This document shows, in pieces, positions 24,947 to 38,460 of a DNA stretch of 64,000 bases. The DNA is from Ophelia neglecta (Eukaryota), in NCBI GenBank assembly GCA_965285935.1, contig OZ260661.1, positions 93,992,001 to 94,056,000 on the forward strand. Direction: 5' to 3'. The position numbers were made by a program, and so were the translations under genes. Every line of letters begins with the position of its first letter. Position 1 is the stretch's first letter. The notes under the pieces are model-generated. The model worked only from the letters and a program-made list of their open reading frames with translations, searched no databases and had not been told where the DNA came from.

Positions 24947-27900
24947 GTTCAGATCGATTGTTTAAGCGCAACCCCCGCCACTGTCTCGCCCGTGTAGTGG
25001 TGAGTGAAACACGTGTGGTGACCATTAGGATTAATAATCGACATACATTTAAAATAGAATAGAAATGTCTTTGTACTAAATAAGTGGATCCTGTCCTCAC
25101 TTTCTAGCTATTACAGGGCCTAGATCTTTTTATTCGCGTCTTTTAATAGTAAATATGGCTAGGGGTTTAGGTAGGCCTAAAGGCCCTAAAATACAGCACG
25201 TTTCTTCTTACCTAAAGGGAAATGTAAACTATTCAATCGTTTGGAAAAACAAAAGTGGATCATCACGGGGGAGAAGGGATGCCTTATTTTGAGTCTTTTG
25301 AACTTGAGATCATCTAGTCTAATGATCCTGAAATTATGAGCGCAAGAGTCTCGTTTCAGAAAACCAATCCGATGACGTGCTGTCATTTGGACCAATAAGA
25401 TTTCGGTCCGAACACATGTGACGTATAATGCAAGCATGTGCATTAAACATCATGTCATGTGAAGATCACGTAAGGCACACTGTTAGGTAAATGTGAACAA
25501 AAACTTTGATTAAGATAAAGGCATATGTTATAAACACAAATATCGTTACCTCAGGCGGAGGAGATTTAAAATGAAATTAAATCAGGGTCCAGGTGTCCTT
25601 GTTTGCGCTAGAATGGGGGGGGGGGGGGGGTCGTAGAGATCTGTAAAAAACGGACTTTGTTGCCAAGTTCACCCTAAATTCTGCACGGATTTATGATCTT
25701 GGTTGAAAGAAAAATTCCACGCTTGCTTACTAATTTGACTAGGAGCTGTTCTATTTCATCTTGACATGGCCGTTTTCAAGTGATTTGTTTTGAGGCTTCG
25801 GGGGAGTTTCATCTCATTCTTTGAGCTGTGCCTAGTCCATCTACACCAGACACAGCCACCGGCTTCAGTCGCGTTTTTTCCAGTGCCAGAGGCAGGTAGT
25901 GTTGGTCGAGTCACGAGATATACACAGAGATGAGCTAAGATATGACAAAGGTGTTTACAAATATTTTCCGACCCCTGATGTCTATACGAGACTTTGGCGT
26001 CGTATAGTACTGACGTTTGCAGCGTATTTTGTCGTCTAAAATGCTCCTGGAAGGTTCTTTTGACAGTTGTATCAAACAACTTAACGTATATTGTCATCGC
26101 AGGAAAAGTTGGTTCCTGAAGTTAATCTCACATGCAGTTTGCTCCCAGGGTTAGAGACGCGCTGTGCGTTTCTGTGTCTATTAAAGCGAGCCAGAAGTTG
26201 GCCAACATTCTTGGTGATTTTTCATAGATGTTTATCCGATTCTTTATTATAGCATACTGTGAAGGAGCTGATAAATCATTATTTCTGGAAGAGCTAAATG
26301 CCAACCTGGAGTCAGCAGTCCTAGATCTAGGGATCGGGATGATCAGGAGAATGATCAGGTCGGCTGATCAAAGGCATGCGCGGGATCATTAGTGGCTAAA
26401 ATCAAACAAGAAGCGACCACTGTGCTATCTACCATCTCAGGAACACGGGTCTTGTTTCTAAGGACAGGCCCTCTGTTTGAAGCCCCCGTTTGAAGCCCAT
26501 ATTGATTAGTTTCGCCTGGCTGTATAATTAAAATACCGCCCCATTACCGTTCTGCTATAGGACTATCTCAGTAGCTTACAGCTGCAGAGGGCTCCACCAA
26601 GAAAACTCCGCAAGTATATTTTTATTGCTATATCAGTTGATTTTGAGTTAAACCGAGTCGGCTATCAACAGTGGGTCGCTGGTGATCTATGGATTAGCAT
26701 CTTCAAAGAAGGAGCCGTATATAAACCTCCTTGAAGATGCTTGTCGGGTCACCGCGCTGCTATCATCATACCCATAAATTTGAGACTCTACCCAATGCAC
26801 GGAGTGATATCTACTTCAATGTTGTAACCCTAGCTCAAATATTTATTGATTATATTTATGCCTGCAGGCACAAAGAATTAAATGGAGATTGGCGTTATGT
26901 GGCAAAGCGCAGCTCTTTCAGTTAGGCCTAGCCGAAAGAATTGAATTTTAGTAATAAGCATAGACATACACATTTTAATATGCAAGCATACTGAGGTGGT
27001 TGACTGCATGGTTTGAAATAAGAATATCCGGTGGCCAAGTGATCTTATTTATGGTGCCTTGGTCAAAATCCTTCCAGAAGTGGAGTTCTGAAAGATTGAG
27101 CATATAGAGTCAGGAAAAAACAATGGTTAGCTACAAATATACAAATTCTTGTATGCCTATTTGACTCATGTTTGCGTCAACAACGTGTGTTATTGCCAAT
27201 AGTGATATTGGGAATGACTTGAAAGTCTGGAAAATTGTCAGAATATGTTACCCTGTTTACTGGAGTCCATAGATAATGACAAAATACAAAATTGGGAATG
27301 GTTTAGGTCAGTCAATTTGTTTCCAACAATAACTAATCTACTAAAGCCATTCTTTGTATGAATGTATAACAATATAACATATGATCGACATCATAAATGA
27401 AAGAAACCAATGAAAGAATTACATACATATTGATACACTACTCCAACCAGGTTGGTTGGAATTTTTCTTAATTATTAATGAACTATAGATATATTGGTAT
27501 TCATTACACACCATTACTACGCATTACTCCCATGCACCTAGATCAATAGGGCCATATATTTGTTCCAATTTGATTATGCTACTATATCTACATTGTTGCT
27601 TTCTATTGCCATAGCATATATATATATATATATACAAGGCCTTTTCATTTTGGGTGGACTTGCTTTATTGAATTGCATGCTAAAAACACCTACATGGGAA
27701 AAGTTATCATGACCACTGGGCATATTTCTTCTGTTTTGCATACACCCGTGAAAAAATTGTCATATACATTATTGACGTACCGGTATGTTGTCTTTTAATA
27801 TTTTTCCTCTAATATTAGAGATGTGTATACCGAGAGATTGGAATCGGGCCCTCGGCCGCAAGGAGTTAAGCGCGGTATTCATGTGCGAATCAGGTCGCAC

Positions 27901-30900
27901 ATGCGCAGAAGTGTCCGGACGAGCCTGTTTGTAAACAAACTAAGAGGAAGCCCGAGCAATGCGAAATAGCCACAGAAAACTTACTTTTGTGTATTTTCTG
28001 CGTTATTGCCGACAAGCCACGATAAAAAGAGGTTTCATCTGACAAATGTCCACTGTCAGCAATCTGGCAAGCACGTGGTAAGTGCTAATGTCAGACCGAT
28101 ACCGATACGTTAAGGGTCAAAATGGTATACTATGAGGAGCATTTTGGTCTATTTGTGAAGTACACAACAATACTTGGTGTTTAAAGTAAGACATAAAACA
28201 CATATTCATAAAACAAGGCGAAATGCACATATAATTTTCCGATATGGCCGCTGACGGCCTGGATATTCGAGGCTATCGCTGAAGATATCTGGAAAATAAC
28301 GTCACCAACGCATGCCATTCAAGCAATAATCCTACGTACCGATTATATCTACTAAAATATTTAAAATTATAACATAACATGTTACATTTACCTTGTGAGG
28401 TGGTTTAAAACGCAGACTACGCCAATTTATTTCTGTTTGTGTTTGGTGACCGCTGTTCCCTTTGCTTCCTCGATATGAACAAAAATGCGGCTCTCGAAAA
28501 TGCGCGCGCAAAATCCCGCGTTCAGCGCAATGTATAAGAAGGGCCCCATTCCAATCACTGGATCTATACATCTCTGCTAATTTGATATCAGTTTCGAAAC
28601 TAACATTTATTCTATCAAACAGCTGAGTCAATCATTTTGATTGAACAGACTTTGAGGAACCGTGGCGCTTATTTTGCTGCTATGCTACGGGCTGGGTAGT
28701 AGCAAGTTACATTGTATACCGCACTATTCTCTAGGTGTCGCCACTGACACTAGCATAACCGCAGCCAAACATTTCATCAAGTTGCTGATCCCGAACACTA
28801 ACTTAGCCGTTCACTACCGACTGACAAAATACTCCAGGTAATAAGCGTATCACGTTTAACCTACCAACAGTTGATCATCACATTTTGTCACCCAGTTTTT
28901 CGCCATTCACAAAACACATAAATAATCACATTATTCGCCACGTTTTCACCCCGGGTTTTCACTTAAGTTATATATATGCGTCTCATACTATGGCGACGTA
29001 CTACCCGTTGTTGAACCTGTTAACAGACCTAGCTGTCACGGACTGTCTTTCGTACGCGCAACGCACAATTCATTGTCAGCATAATATTTATCGGAATATG
29101 TTGATATATATTGTTGACCTTATATTTATTAATTTCGTCTGCTCACCATGACATTTATGCAGGTGGTTTTATACACTTTTGAATTTTATCGGGAATTTTT
29201 TTCCCTCCAAGCCGGTCCGATCCCTTGTCCCTTAATTATCTCGTGTACAATCAGCATTGGCCACATGACACGTCGAGTCTATAATCAATATAGCCTTAGT
29301 CTACTTTCAAACCGGCTCATTAAAACCATCCTCGGCTAAATACACCAACAATTAAAACTTATCTTCAGCGTGGCGTTTTTTGTTATTTTATCTGTCTGGC
29401 TGTATTAACACACTTTTTTAGATCAGATTGTAGTTTTGCATTTAAATGAATAATATACGTGCTACATCCACTGCATTTGAAGAGAAATTTCATTTCTATT
29501 GATGGGTAACAACTGCCAATAATTGCATTTACTGGAATAAATTGCATTTCGACCAGTATTCCAAAACCTTTAGTTTATATGTAAATGGCCTTGAACATGT
29601 GTTATCCAACTTGATGACAACCTATATTATATACATGCTACTGAAATTTCTGATTAGAAATGGTGTTTAATTGAAAACTTATAAACCATTTATATTCAGC
29701 AGACATGCCTGTTTATCATATATGCATACTTATACCTAAACAAAAATGTCACCGCCCGTATACGCGCCGTATAGGCCTAATGGTATATACATTTGTGACT
29801 GCTTCGTTAATTTCAAGGTTGCCGTATATCATGAAGTAGGCTGCGTTCGCCTGCTTATATTAACCTCGGTGACAATTTGTTATGAATAAACGGTGGGGGG
29901 CATATAGGCGTAGGTCTGAATTGTCTGGTCAAATTATTCGACTAACCAATTATCTTATTTAATGCGCTTAAACCGGAATTGAAATTTTGAAAAATCCGAG
30001 GAAACCATTAAAATCATTTAGATATTAGGCAGATAAACATTGGCATTTATATATGCATTTAGTAGTGAATGTGTTTGAATTATGCATGCATGTATAGACC
30101 TATATGCATATTTAACCTCATGAAGCCCTACGTGAATAACCCGGTGCCGGCCTTGATGTATAGCCCGGTAACAACTCTTCTGTAATTCCACTGGACATGC
30201 AAGCCGCCATTCGACCGAATCAGCAAGGCCTATAACGTTTACCTGGTTTTATGAACTCTTCTGGGCGTGTACAAAAGTTAATTTTACGGCATGTTCTATC
30301 AGTGCTTATACGGCGACAATCATTTTTATGTAGGATCATGTCGGCTCAGCAAATCGTACGGCCCACCAGTCGGGCACGGGGTCTCGCATGCGAATTTCCA
30401 TTGCAAATTAGCGGAAAATGAATTTATGACTGGGCTTTTATCCCGGCTATTACCCGGGTTATTGTGATGAACAGTTACCTTTCGTGTGTCCTGTCTCTGG
30501 CGTCGGTCTTCCCCATTTGCTCATCAGGCGGGTCTGCCCTCAGTCCGTGAACAGGCGATGACCCGATCCTCGTGGATTTATCAATATATGGACCAATATA
30601 TTATCGCCTAATATAGTGTATATTGTGTTGTATGATCCTGCGGGATACCAGGCAAATGTATTAAGAAGAATATATGGATATAAATTACTCTTTCCCATAT
30701 TTTCACGATTTGTATAGGAGGTATACATGAAGGTATAGTGTACAGGCCTACCTCAACTTGATTAGTAACTATACCCATGTTAAATCTACGCCGTGATCAG
30801 GTGATGACGCCTTGATGCAATAATGTTAAATAAAACAGTTGTCGGAGAGCCAGCGAAATTAAATTATTAATTCAATTAATCATGACATGCGCACATTATA

Positions 30901-33900
30901 GGTTTATATTCTCATGTATAGCACGAGTTAACTTGGGTATACATATATGAGTCTTATACACAGTTTGCGGTTTCTAAAAGTTTATATTAGATAATAGAAT
31001 AATTTCATTTAGGCCTAATGATTAATTGAAAACATACAGAGATATATAGGAACAATGCCTACTCATTTTAGACCTATATTGTTGCGAGACCGGCCCCGTT
31101 TTCGGCGGAAAAATACGGCTAATCGTTTGTAAAAGCACTTCTCGCTTAAAGTTATCCGGCAGCAAATAATGTGTCAATTTAGACTACTATTTGAGTTCAA
31201 AGCGTTGTAATAGGAAGTTTGTGCACATTATATGGTATACCTGTTGGGGTCTTTCGTAGAAAGTGTCTTTCAAATCTCGTCTGCCTTTACAATATATTGC
31301 GCTTAAGTTACTCTACGGCATGTGTTTACAAATGAGTCTATACCATTTTACTTGCAGTGAAAACTCTCACAGCAATTTTAAAATCGAATATCGATAGACT
31401 AGTGTCGTTTAACAGAATTGTTGTTATTATTACCTTATCATTGGAAGGACAATTTTAACGTTTACGCACTAGTGAAACCGCTACATGGGAAACCGTACAT
31501 GTATATGCGTATACATGATTAAACTTTCCTCTGCATGTTTCTCCCGTCTCCCGATCTTATCCGATCCACAACCAACCCGTGTGAGGGAAAGTTATGATGT
31601 GAATGTATCCAAATACACACCGAGTTTATCTACGAAGCTAAATCCAATACTGATTCTTTACTCCGGCCTGAAAGCCTAGCCAGAGGTCAGATTGGGTCTG
31701 TTCCCCAGCGCCCTTTCCAGTATTTTGGCAGCGGCCGATGGCTTGATACGGTAGCCGGTAACAGGAGCCGGGCCACGGCCGCGCACAGCTGTCGCCCGGG
31801 GCTCTAGAGCCCGGCTTGGCGGGAGAGGAGGCATCTCTCCGGGGAACGCCGCGGGCGATCGGCCGTGCTCCTCTCCCATCCATGCCTGCAACCCGCCGTG
31901 CGACTAAGACGACCACCGACCTAGGCTTACACTAAAAACAAACCGTATAGCGTAAGAAATTAAAGTACTCATTAACTTCAGGCAGGGTGGATTCTACAAG
32001 CCGTGCCCGGACATCCTATAGAATCACATTTTCCCAGTTCTGTTAGTTTTATCCGCAGGATTCGGACTGAGGTCAACAGTAAGGTGAAACGGTCAACCAA
32101 AACAAGCCGAAATCTTTGCTTACCCAAACATATAGATTTTCTCTGACCACCTGCAACAATAAAAAACAACACAGAATTTAATGAAAACCACTTCAACCGT
32201 TAAAACTGCATTTAAGAATGTAAGCATCTTAAATGGAGAGAAGAGTGTCACATTTGTTCGGCAAGAAACATATGCATCATGAAGTAATGCCAAAACTATA
32301 GGCTTTCTTAACTCAGACCTACATGTATGTAGACGCATAACTTCTCAAAAAATGTCAACACCTACAAAACTAGGTCACATTGCATATAGAAGAATTGACT
32401 ACTAGCAATAATCTGAGCTGACCAATGAACTTATCATTAATCGATCAATGGGTAATGAACGCAACTATTATTAATGAGACTTTATTTGACCTCAGAACAT
32501 AAATGCCAGTCACCGTGCTACTTTTCCGAAATAATATGCACGAGAATGAAAACTTTGAAGTACGAGGCATTAGGTTAATATTCATACTTCGTCAGTCGTC
32601 ATGTCCATTCAACAGTTACCGCCCTCGCGTGTCTTTTCCTTGCGTTATGTTGCGTAATTCGCAGGCATATCCATGGCCGAATGATTAATCGGAAGCGAGG
32701 ATGAATATATACAAATAAGTCGCTAAAATTACAAAAATGTTCAATTCATTGATAATATACAATAGGCATATGTGTGTCCGGCATACAATGTGACACGCAG
32801 TGCTAACTGGAGCTAACCTCACGATCAAGTACTCAATGTCGGTTAAAACGGCTTAGCCTGTTTGGCGATAACTTCACTAATTATTGACACGAACTTCCTA
32901 TACGGCTTTAAGGGGCTGCGGAAAACTTGAATTTGTTATCACGACCCCGCTCCTACATTTTGTTGTCTTATCTGCATGGCTAAATCCCTGGTCCTTCAGC
33001 AAAGTGGCTCTGTACAATATACCAGGGCCCTAACCTTAACCCGCTTTAACCTAGAGTGTTCGAATCACTAAAACACAAAATGGGGATAGACCTATATATA
33101 CAAAGAATATATTTATATACCCTAGATATGTTTAAATTCACACTACGTACGTGTTATAATATAGCGTGTTCCATATAACATGAGTAACACAAATGTTTGG
33201 TTATATTGTATCGCTGAAGGTGCTACAATTCATTGCATTGAACAATGAAAAGGCCGAAAACCGTATTTATTATACGCGCAAATCTTTACTTTATTGACAT
33301 CAATATGTTTGTCAGATCCATCGGATCTTGGTAGTGCACAAATATTATGATTAAAAGTTTCAAAATGTATTACATAAACGTAAAATATATGTAATGAGTG
33401 TTAAGTTCCGCAACTACGTTGTTAAATGGAAATTAACTTATTTTGACAATTTATACTTGCCGGAGTACAAAGTGTGATACACATGAGGGGTGTACCAATA
33501 AGTTTCATATCGTTCACACAATTGAAAAAATGAAACAAATTTAGCATATACCGACCCAAAGGTTTCTTAATTAGATTTGTAGAAAAGTAAAATCGTACAT
33601 ATTCAAGTTTTCTTCAATTAATGTTTTATTCTATTGAGGCAGGCATACATTAGATAGTCGAACGCGGTATAGGAAAGACCATGCTTGCATGCGCGTCCAT
33701 ACATTACTTATTTAGGCCTATGGCGGTTTTTAAATAGAAAAAAGTACTGTTTTCTCGCCGAATAGGGTGTTACTGCTTTGGAAGAATGGTTCGGGGCGTC
33801 GCGAGATCCTCTTCAGGCGGAAGATATGTGAAAATAGATCCTTGGTGAATAAAAAACAAATCAGAAGGGGTGTCGTTGGTCGAAGTGGCGTCGGGCTCTC

Positions 33901-34119
33901 AATTGCTAGCAACAGGATCCAAACTTTTAAGCTGAATGAAAGGCGCATCTCTTTTGTGTATTGTGGAGACTCCTGAAAATATAACTTTGCCTCGCACACT
34001 TGGCTGCTTTTCTGTGGTAGTTTTTGCCGGAGGGCTTGTAGCTCGCGTTTTGGTTGAGAAGCTCTAGTGTTGTGTCGTAATGCAAGTTTGTTTCGGTCTG
34101 TTTTAGGCCCGTTTGCTAC

Positions 34120-34330
34120 TAGTAGCCAATACCGGCAGCAAGAGCCGCCATGCGGGAATTGCGAGAAACTTAGCTAAGGCGGGAGTTGTGACCGCTCAGT
34201 CAATGGTAAGGGGCGGGGACTCGGTTGGAGGCGGGGCGTAAGGAGCCGAGCGCAGCCTGACAGTCCGACCGCCGACAACAAATCATTGATTGGCTCTCGC
34301 CTGTCTACAGTTGACGCGAGCTGCGCTCAT
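34120..34330 (+). promoter_or_regulatory. Probable Meis promoter: CpG-rich, GC boxes and CCAAT boxes, possibly bidirectional
   Basis: CCAAT 34126-34130, YY1-like GCCGCCAT 34144-34151, GC boxes 34210-34218 and 34228-34237, TGACAG 34258, ATTGG 34289-34293. Lies about 1.1 kb upstream of the ATG. The TSS cannot be fixed from sequence. Confidence 0.6.
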
Positions 34331-35383
34331 CATACTCTGACTAGTGCCCGCCGACTTGACATCCCTACTCACAGAGTAGTGAGCGATTTTACAGGAATAT
34401 ACCACATTTTACCAATGTCTCTTTTCGTGGATAGCTGTAAACTCACTTCAGGCCGGGGTATATTGTCTTTGGACCCTATTCCGTGCCCAAAACGCCGTCT
34501 ATGAGCGTTTAGTGCCGATTTTGGTGGTTGTTTCCAGCGTGACAGGTTGGTTGCCTCTGCAGTATTAATTCAAATGGGGGCTGTCAAAACGTCACTTTTG
34601 TCAGCGGGGAAAGTCTTCAGTCTAAATTCCCGGCGACAGCTCTAGTAAAATATCGTGGGGAATGCGAGGATAGCGCTGATTAAGCTTTCTAGCCTCGCTT
34701 CTGGTACAGTTTACAGATTGTCATGCTTTATCAAGTGCTATTGTGCTATTCATATATATACATATCAATATATTCAACTCAGGCGGCTTTCGGGCGATTC
34801 GGGGGTGATAACTCTGACATCTTCTCAATATTAATGCGTCGGGAGAATTCTCAACAGCGCGTGCAAAATCAGACAGCAGCTGACAGTTTGAAAACACTGG
34901 TCTAGCAGACTTCAACTTCTCTTATGTTTTTCATTAATAACCGAAACATGATTTTCAAATCTACTGCAAACGTGGTTGGGGCAGCTTAAGAAGTGGTCGG
35001 TGCTGAGACGGGTGGGTTTAGTCTTGAAGGGACCGGGGGGCAGGGTATTTGGGGCAAGGCGGCCGGGCTGACAGCTCATTTATTATCCGGCGCTCTAGTA
35101 ACGGGTCGGTGATTGACACACACCGTGGCGAAGCTAAAAGCAGCCCGGGCCGTCACTGGTTGCTGTAACATAGGCAGAAGTGCTGGGGATGTCGGCATCG
35201 CCGCTGTTGTACCCGTCTCTAACGCGGTGTTTGACGTTTTTCAGGGCACATTGCGGTATTTTGTGGATATCTACTGTGTATGTGGAGTAGCGGTCAGTGT
35301 TTGGATACTTGACGTACGGTGGATCACTCACGGTCTGGGACTGAACCCGACCTACGAGCCACCAGCACCCACTGCAGCTGAAC

Positions 35384-35398
35384 ATGGCAACACCACGA
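35384..35398 (+). CDS. Meis: Meis/homothorax TALE homeobox protein, coding exon 1 (MATPR)
   Basis: aacATGGCAACACCACGA|gtaagt has a consensus donor in phase 0. It matches the tiny MAQR first coding exon of vertebrate Meis and joins in frame to YDNELPHY. Confidence 0.85.
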
Positions 35399-35521
35399 GT
35401 AAGTATCTCACTACCACTACTACGGCTCGATTTATCGTACTCTGAGGCCCGAAATACGGGGGAAATTTGAAACTGGTCGTATCCGTCTGTACGTGCGTGT
35501 GTTTGTTGGTTGGTTTTTCAG

Positions 35522-35766
35522 TACGACAACGAATTACCACATTACCCAAGTATGGGCGACGGTCACGGATCGAGTATGTACGGGGATCCTCACGGGCATC
35601 GGGGTATGCAGGGACTGTCTCACAGCCCCAGCTCGGGCTACGGTCATTCTCCCAGTCTGCCCACACATTACCCTACCTACTCAGCCGGTGGAACCATGGC
35701 CGGGGTTATGACAAACAGTAGCCCCGCCGACTCGCAGCTCAAACGGGATAAAGACAGCATATACGG
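35522..35766 (+). CDS. Meis: Meis coding exon 2 (YDNELPHY...LKRDKDSIYG)
   Basis: Acceptor tggtttttcag, donor GG|gtgagt (phase 2). The peptide resembles Meis YDDLPHY...MYGDPH...LKRDKDAIYG. Confidence 0.96.
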
Positions 35767-36460
35767 GTGAGTACAAGCAATATTTATGTTTACAACGCAA
35801 GCCAGTTTTATGCCCAGAACAGTAAACTATTAGTAACTAATACGCGGTGTATATTTTGGACCACATGGCTACCCATATTACAAGCCATTTCGACTCGCAT
35901 AACATCCCCAATACGACCAGCCTGGTGTGTCATAATTTAACAGAATGTGTAACAAATTCGGCGCGGGCATCCACATCTTCTCATCTTTATTTTTTTTGAG
36001 CCGTAATTTCCTCACATAACTAGGCCTATATTGATAGTAAACGCATAACGCACGCGTAGTAACTTTGGAGTGTTGTGGGGAATATGAAATTTGACAGGTC
36101 AAATTGCCGACTGTCCAGGCGCATTTTCTTGCTCGCTCAAGGGCGTATTGGCTTTCCACGTGTGTTCCGTGCCTCCTGCTATATTATACGACCTCGTCAA
36201 CTGCCGTAGGAAAGTGGATTGCATCTAAACTCCCATCATATGGCCATTCCGTGGCGATTTAGCACACACCCCCCTCGCATGAATCCCATTTCGGTGGCCA
36301 CTAGCAGCCGACATTCAACAAAAATGGCGTCGAGGCAATGGCAATATTCGGCGTAAATTTCACTTTCTTGGGCAGTCTAAGCTACGTGCGTACGACTAAT
36401 ACCCATATACACCATCTTATACCTTTATTTTGTCCCTGACGGATGATAATTTTGTTTCAG

Positions 36461-36602
36461 ACACCCCCTGTTCCCGCTGCTCGCGTTGATATTTGAGAAG
36501 TGCGAGCTGGCGACGTGCACCCCACGGGAGCCAGGGGTGGCGGGGGGCGATGTCTGCTCCAGCGAGTCCTTCAACGAAGATATCCGAGTTTTCTCTAATC
36601 AG
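36461..36602 (+). CDS. Meis: Meis coding exon 3 ([47 protein letters not shown]), MEINOX/HM-A
   Basis: Acceptor tttgtttcag, donor CAG|gtactg. Near-identical to the Meis MH-A box, and the phase fits exon 2. Confidence 0.98.
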
Positions 36603-38409
36603 GTACTGTCCGAATATGTGAGTGTCCCTACGTGCTGGGTTCTATACTTTTTTCTCTTCTCCAAACTTTTCTTATTAATACTTCTCCATTGTTAATAATA
36701 TTATTCTTATTTACCCCTTCCCCTTAGGCCTGTCATTTAGTGCTTAGAGAAACCGTCCACTATAGTCCCAAGTTCATATAATATCCCCCTTTCCGGAATG
36801 TTGATTTGATACCCCACATCCTCTCTGTTTCTGATTTTCAGTGAATTATGTTTATTTTCATACATATCCTACACATTTCCCATCCATGTCTGTTTGTAAA
36901 ACCAAAACAACCGCACGCGTGCAGATGTTTAAGGTGGGGACAGCTGTTTTGATGAGAATGATTGATACTTATCTGGCCGAATAATTATATTTCGCTTATA
37001 TGAATGGACGCTTTCGATATGGAGTATATTTTGGGGAATATTTGGAAATACTTTGTTGCATTAAAGGCAAAATATGGATCTTCTATTTCACTTAGAGGTT
37101 GAAAAAAGGAAGTATAATCATTGATGACTAAGCTGGAATACACATCTACACCTAAACGAGTTAAAGGGGCGTGAGCAGCGATCAGCTTTTAGGCCATGCA
37201 ACTTATCGCCTTCGTACAGTGGGGGATACACAATTGTGTACGCGCTTTGAGCTAGGCCAGTGGCGGAAAACTACGTCATATCACTCATGAAGTGTGCGCT
37301 TAAATGACTTTCAATCTCACTCAACCTGGAGCAGATCACACATGGCACGATGAACTGCACTAATTATCGTCCTATGGAGCGAGCCGACCGGGCAGCGTAA
37401 TTTACTCGTTCCACGGCCATAATGATTATTGTAATGGCCGAGCAATGGGTCTACCCGCCACCCTAAAGCCGTAAATTTCTTATCAAAATATTTGGAACAC
37501 ACTGGTCAAAGAAATTTACAATCTGCGAGTGAATGACAACGGACCATCTTGCGAAATGAGCCGCCCGCGATGAAAGTGTGTCTATTCAACTCGATTGTCC
37601 ACGAGGCCCGCTGGGCTGTAAAACGGCCAACAACAATGCCGCAGCATTTTGCAGCCTGTGTATGAATATCCCGTTGGAAGTATCATGGAATTTGTTGATA
37701 AATAATGCATGCTGTAGGAAGAACGGCTGGGCACCGAGGGTGATTGCATTGAATCTCGGAGTGGCTTTAGCATTGTTCCCTGGTCATATACGATTGTCAA
37801 AAAAGTCTGACACAGTACTGACTCACGATAGCTAGCCTTGTTTATCTCCCCTGAAGTGTTGTTGCATGACACCATACATTGATGATTGCTCCAATTTCAA
37901 CCTCATTTCCTTTGCCATCTTTTCTCAAGCCTTCCATTCTGGATCAGCATCCATTGCTTGCCTCTATTCTGTTCTATCATCTGACTGCTTTTATAATAAT
38001 TCTCCTCCCAGCATCCTATGTTTGAATGTTTCAATTTGTATTTTGTATCTATAGAGATACCTTTCAACATAATGATCAATTATTATTTATTTTTGAATAA
38101 TTATTTTCATGTTATGCATGGCAGATAAGAATTATTATACATACTTTTTTCTATATATTATCGGAAAATTATATGCACAGTATATTGCACTTTAATGGGA
38201 GTTTTAAAATCGAATATGATACATTGTCAGTGAAAAATACAAAATGATTTAAATATTTAGCATACAGTGTACCAATTTTACTCTTTTTAGACCCATACAG
38301 TGTTGTTCTTACTTTCATATCAATTTAATGTGCTATAAATTGTAAAATTTTCTTTGATAGAGATTAGCTTTTAGCAATATTTATACAATTTGCTCTCTTT
38401 CCTTCCCAG

Positions 38410-38460
38410 GCAAAAGCAGAGAAGCCATTCTTTTCAGCCAATCATGAATTAGACAGTCTG
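38410..38460 (+). CDS. Meis: Meis coding exon 4 (AKAEKPFFSANHELDSL)
   Basis: Long pyrimidine tract ending ccttcccag, donor CTG|gtatgt. This 51-nt exon corresponds to Meis IRAEKPLFSSNPELDNL and is absent from the ORF track. Confidence 0.95.

Noticed and set aside
31676-31891. Minus-strand ORF with faint Tctex-like wording (GYRIKPSAAAKILERAL)
   Set aside because: The match is too short, the frame stops soon after, and GC richness explains the open frames.
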